Below, in pieces: positions 5,056 to 5,793 of a DNA stretch of 5,793 nucleotides. The notes below the pieces were generated by a model, which saw only the letters and a list, made by a program, of their open reading frames with translations, was not told the DNA's origin and did not search any database. Every line of letters begins with the position of its first letter. Position 1 is the first letter of the stretch. The stretch is from Escherichia coli (lineage in GTDB: Bacteria; Pseudomonadota; Gammaproteobacteria; Enterobacterales; Enterobacteriaceae): NCBI RefSeq assembly GCF_003334255.1, contig NZ_QOWU01000103.1, one strand, 5' to 3'. The translations under genes and the position numbers were made by a program.

Positions 5056-5083
5056 GTACGTACAAGAGGAGTTATGGTAAATG
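5056..5083 (+). other. cer-like Xer recombination core site (XerC arm, 6-bp central region, XerD arm)
   Basis: GGTACGTACAA-gaggag-TTATGGTAAAT compares with ColE1 cer GGTGCGTACAA-TTAAGGGA-TTATGGTAAAT. The XerD arm is identical and the XerC arm matches 10/11. The preceding gcgttttag also matches the cer flank as recalled. Confidence 0.78.
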
Positions 5084-5103
5084 GGTCTGGTTTTCGGGAA
5101 GGA

Positions 5104-5132
5104 TCGACAGGATTTGCCGTTGGGTGTAGTGT
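5104..5132 (+). promoter_or_regulatory. Candidate rep promoter
   Basis: TCGACA (5104-5109), 17-nt spacer, TAGTGT (5127-5132). This gives a structured leader of about 100 nt before the rep ATG at 5239. Confidence 0.4.
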
Positions 5133-5140
5133 AACCAACT

Positions 5141-5262
5141 GAAAAACAAACGCCCCTGAAATTCGTGCCGATCCGCCAAGACTGTCACGAAAATTCAAGG
5201 GGCGTGTGGGTCGTAACACACGGAGGAAATCCTAACACATGAGCGCCGTACTTCAACTCTTC
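5141..5262 (-). ncRNA. Antisense copy-number control RNA (ColE2 RNA I-like); the 5' end is approximate
   Basis: The minus strand carries a long hairpin (5206-5150, GC-rich base acgcccct/aggggcgt, 19-nt apical loop) followed by uuuguuuuu (5149-5141), a canonical intrinsic terminator. Candidate promoter TTCGTA (5297-5292), 17-nt spacer, TAATTT (5274-5269). The predicted length of about 120 nt is compatible with the reported RNA I of about 115 nt. Confidence 0.5.
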
Positions 5263-5793
5263 AGGGAAAAATTACCGCACAAACCGTACTGTACGAACGA
5301 TTTCACGTACGGCGTTCGCATTCTACCGAAAGATATCGCCATCCTTGCCCGTTTCATCCAGCAGAACCAGCCACATGCGCAGCACTGGCTGGCCTTTGAC
5401 GTTGACCGGACGGGGGCAGCGATCGACTGGAGCGACCGGAACTGTCCGGCCCCGAACATCACCGTAAAAAATCCACGTAACGGGCACGCGCATCTGCTCT
5501 ACGCGCTCACTCTTCCGGTGAGAACCGCGCCGGATGCATCGGCTTCGGCGCTCAAATACGCTGCCGTGATTGAGCGTGCGCTGTGTGAAAAACTGGGCGC
5601 GGATGTGAACTACAGCGGCCTGATCTGCAAAAATCCGTTCCACCAGGAATGGCAGGTGGTGGAATGGCGTCGGGAACTCTATACCCTCGACGAACTGGCG
5701 GATTATCTTGATTTGAGCGCCTCAGCGCGCCGTCGCGTCGATAAAGATTACGGGATGGGGCGAAACTGGTATCTGTTCGAAAAGGGCCGTAAA
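5239..5793 (+). CDS. rep: ColE2-type replication initiator/primase Rep, N-terminal part (185 codons, open to the window end, continues at base 78 via the junction)
   Basis: My translation has no stop codon: MSAVLQLFREKLPHKPYCTNDFTYGVRILPKDIAILARFIQQNQPHAQHWLAFDVDRTGAAIDW...NGHAHLLYAL... It contains a primase-type acidic DVD motif and a GHAHLLY motif, and matches my memory of the ColE2/ColE3 Rep N-terminus. Confidence 0.92.
   Translation, partial: MSAVLQLFREKLPHKPYCTNDFTYGVRILPKDIAILARFIQQNQPHAQHWLAFDVDRTGAAIDWSDRNCPAPNITVKNPRNGHAHLLYALTLPVRTAPDASASALKYAAVIERALCEKLGADVNYSGLICKNPFHQEWQVVEWRRELYTLDELADYLDLSASARRRVDKDYGMGRNWYLFEKGRK
5717..5793. repeat. Second copy of the terminal redundancy (identical to 1-77)
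   Basis: Exact 77/77 identity to the window start. Confidence 0.95.

Noticed and set aside
5253-5643. Minus-strand ORFs 5253-5462 and 5323-5643 opposite rep
   Set aside because: They are antisense to a strongly supported CDS, with Arg-rich translations typical of GC-rich antisense frames. The real minus-strand product here is more likely the short antisense RNA.
1-5793. Search by eye for a colicin/immunity/lysis operon, LexA boxes, CRISPR repeats, tRNA/rRNA genes, IS inverted repeats or transposase ORFs
   Set aside because: None found. No CTG-N10-CAG box precedes any gene, there are no regularly spaced repeats, and no ORF has a transposase- or integrase-like sequence.

Overview
This window is one complete, circularly permuted small mobilizable plasmid. 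Bases 1-77 are identical to 5717-5793, so the unit length is 5716 bp. The backbone is GC-normal and enterobacterial in style. It carries a ColE2-type Rep primase gene that wraps across the window ends, with the ColE2-type origin and a terminator directly after its stop codon. It also carries an antisense-RNA control hairpin in the rep leader, a cer-like XerC/XerD site with an upstream ARG-box-like palindrome, and a stretch resembling the pMB1/ColE1 primosome assembly site. Mobilization is RSF1010-like (MOBQ): a mobC/traD-like gene, oriT, and a divergent mobA relaxase. No colicin/immunity/lysis operon, the classic ColE2-group cargo, is recognisable. In its place, about 2.5 kb (about 2363-4850) is strikingly AT-rich and holds three genes. 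One is a coiled-coil single-pass membrane protein of unknown function, lying just after mobA. The other two form a convergent operon: a divergent CmoA-like class I SAM-dependent enzyme, followed 6 nt later by a LysE/RhtB-family exporter. That cargo is the best candidate for an undescribed system, possibly production and export of a SAM-derived small molecule, with other readings open. All family assignments rest on reading the translations and on sequences recalled from memory; no searches were run.
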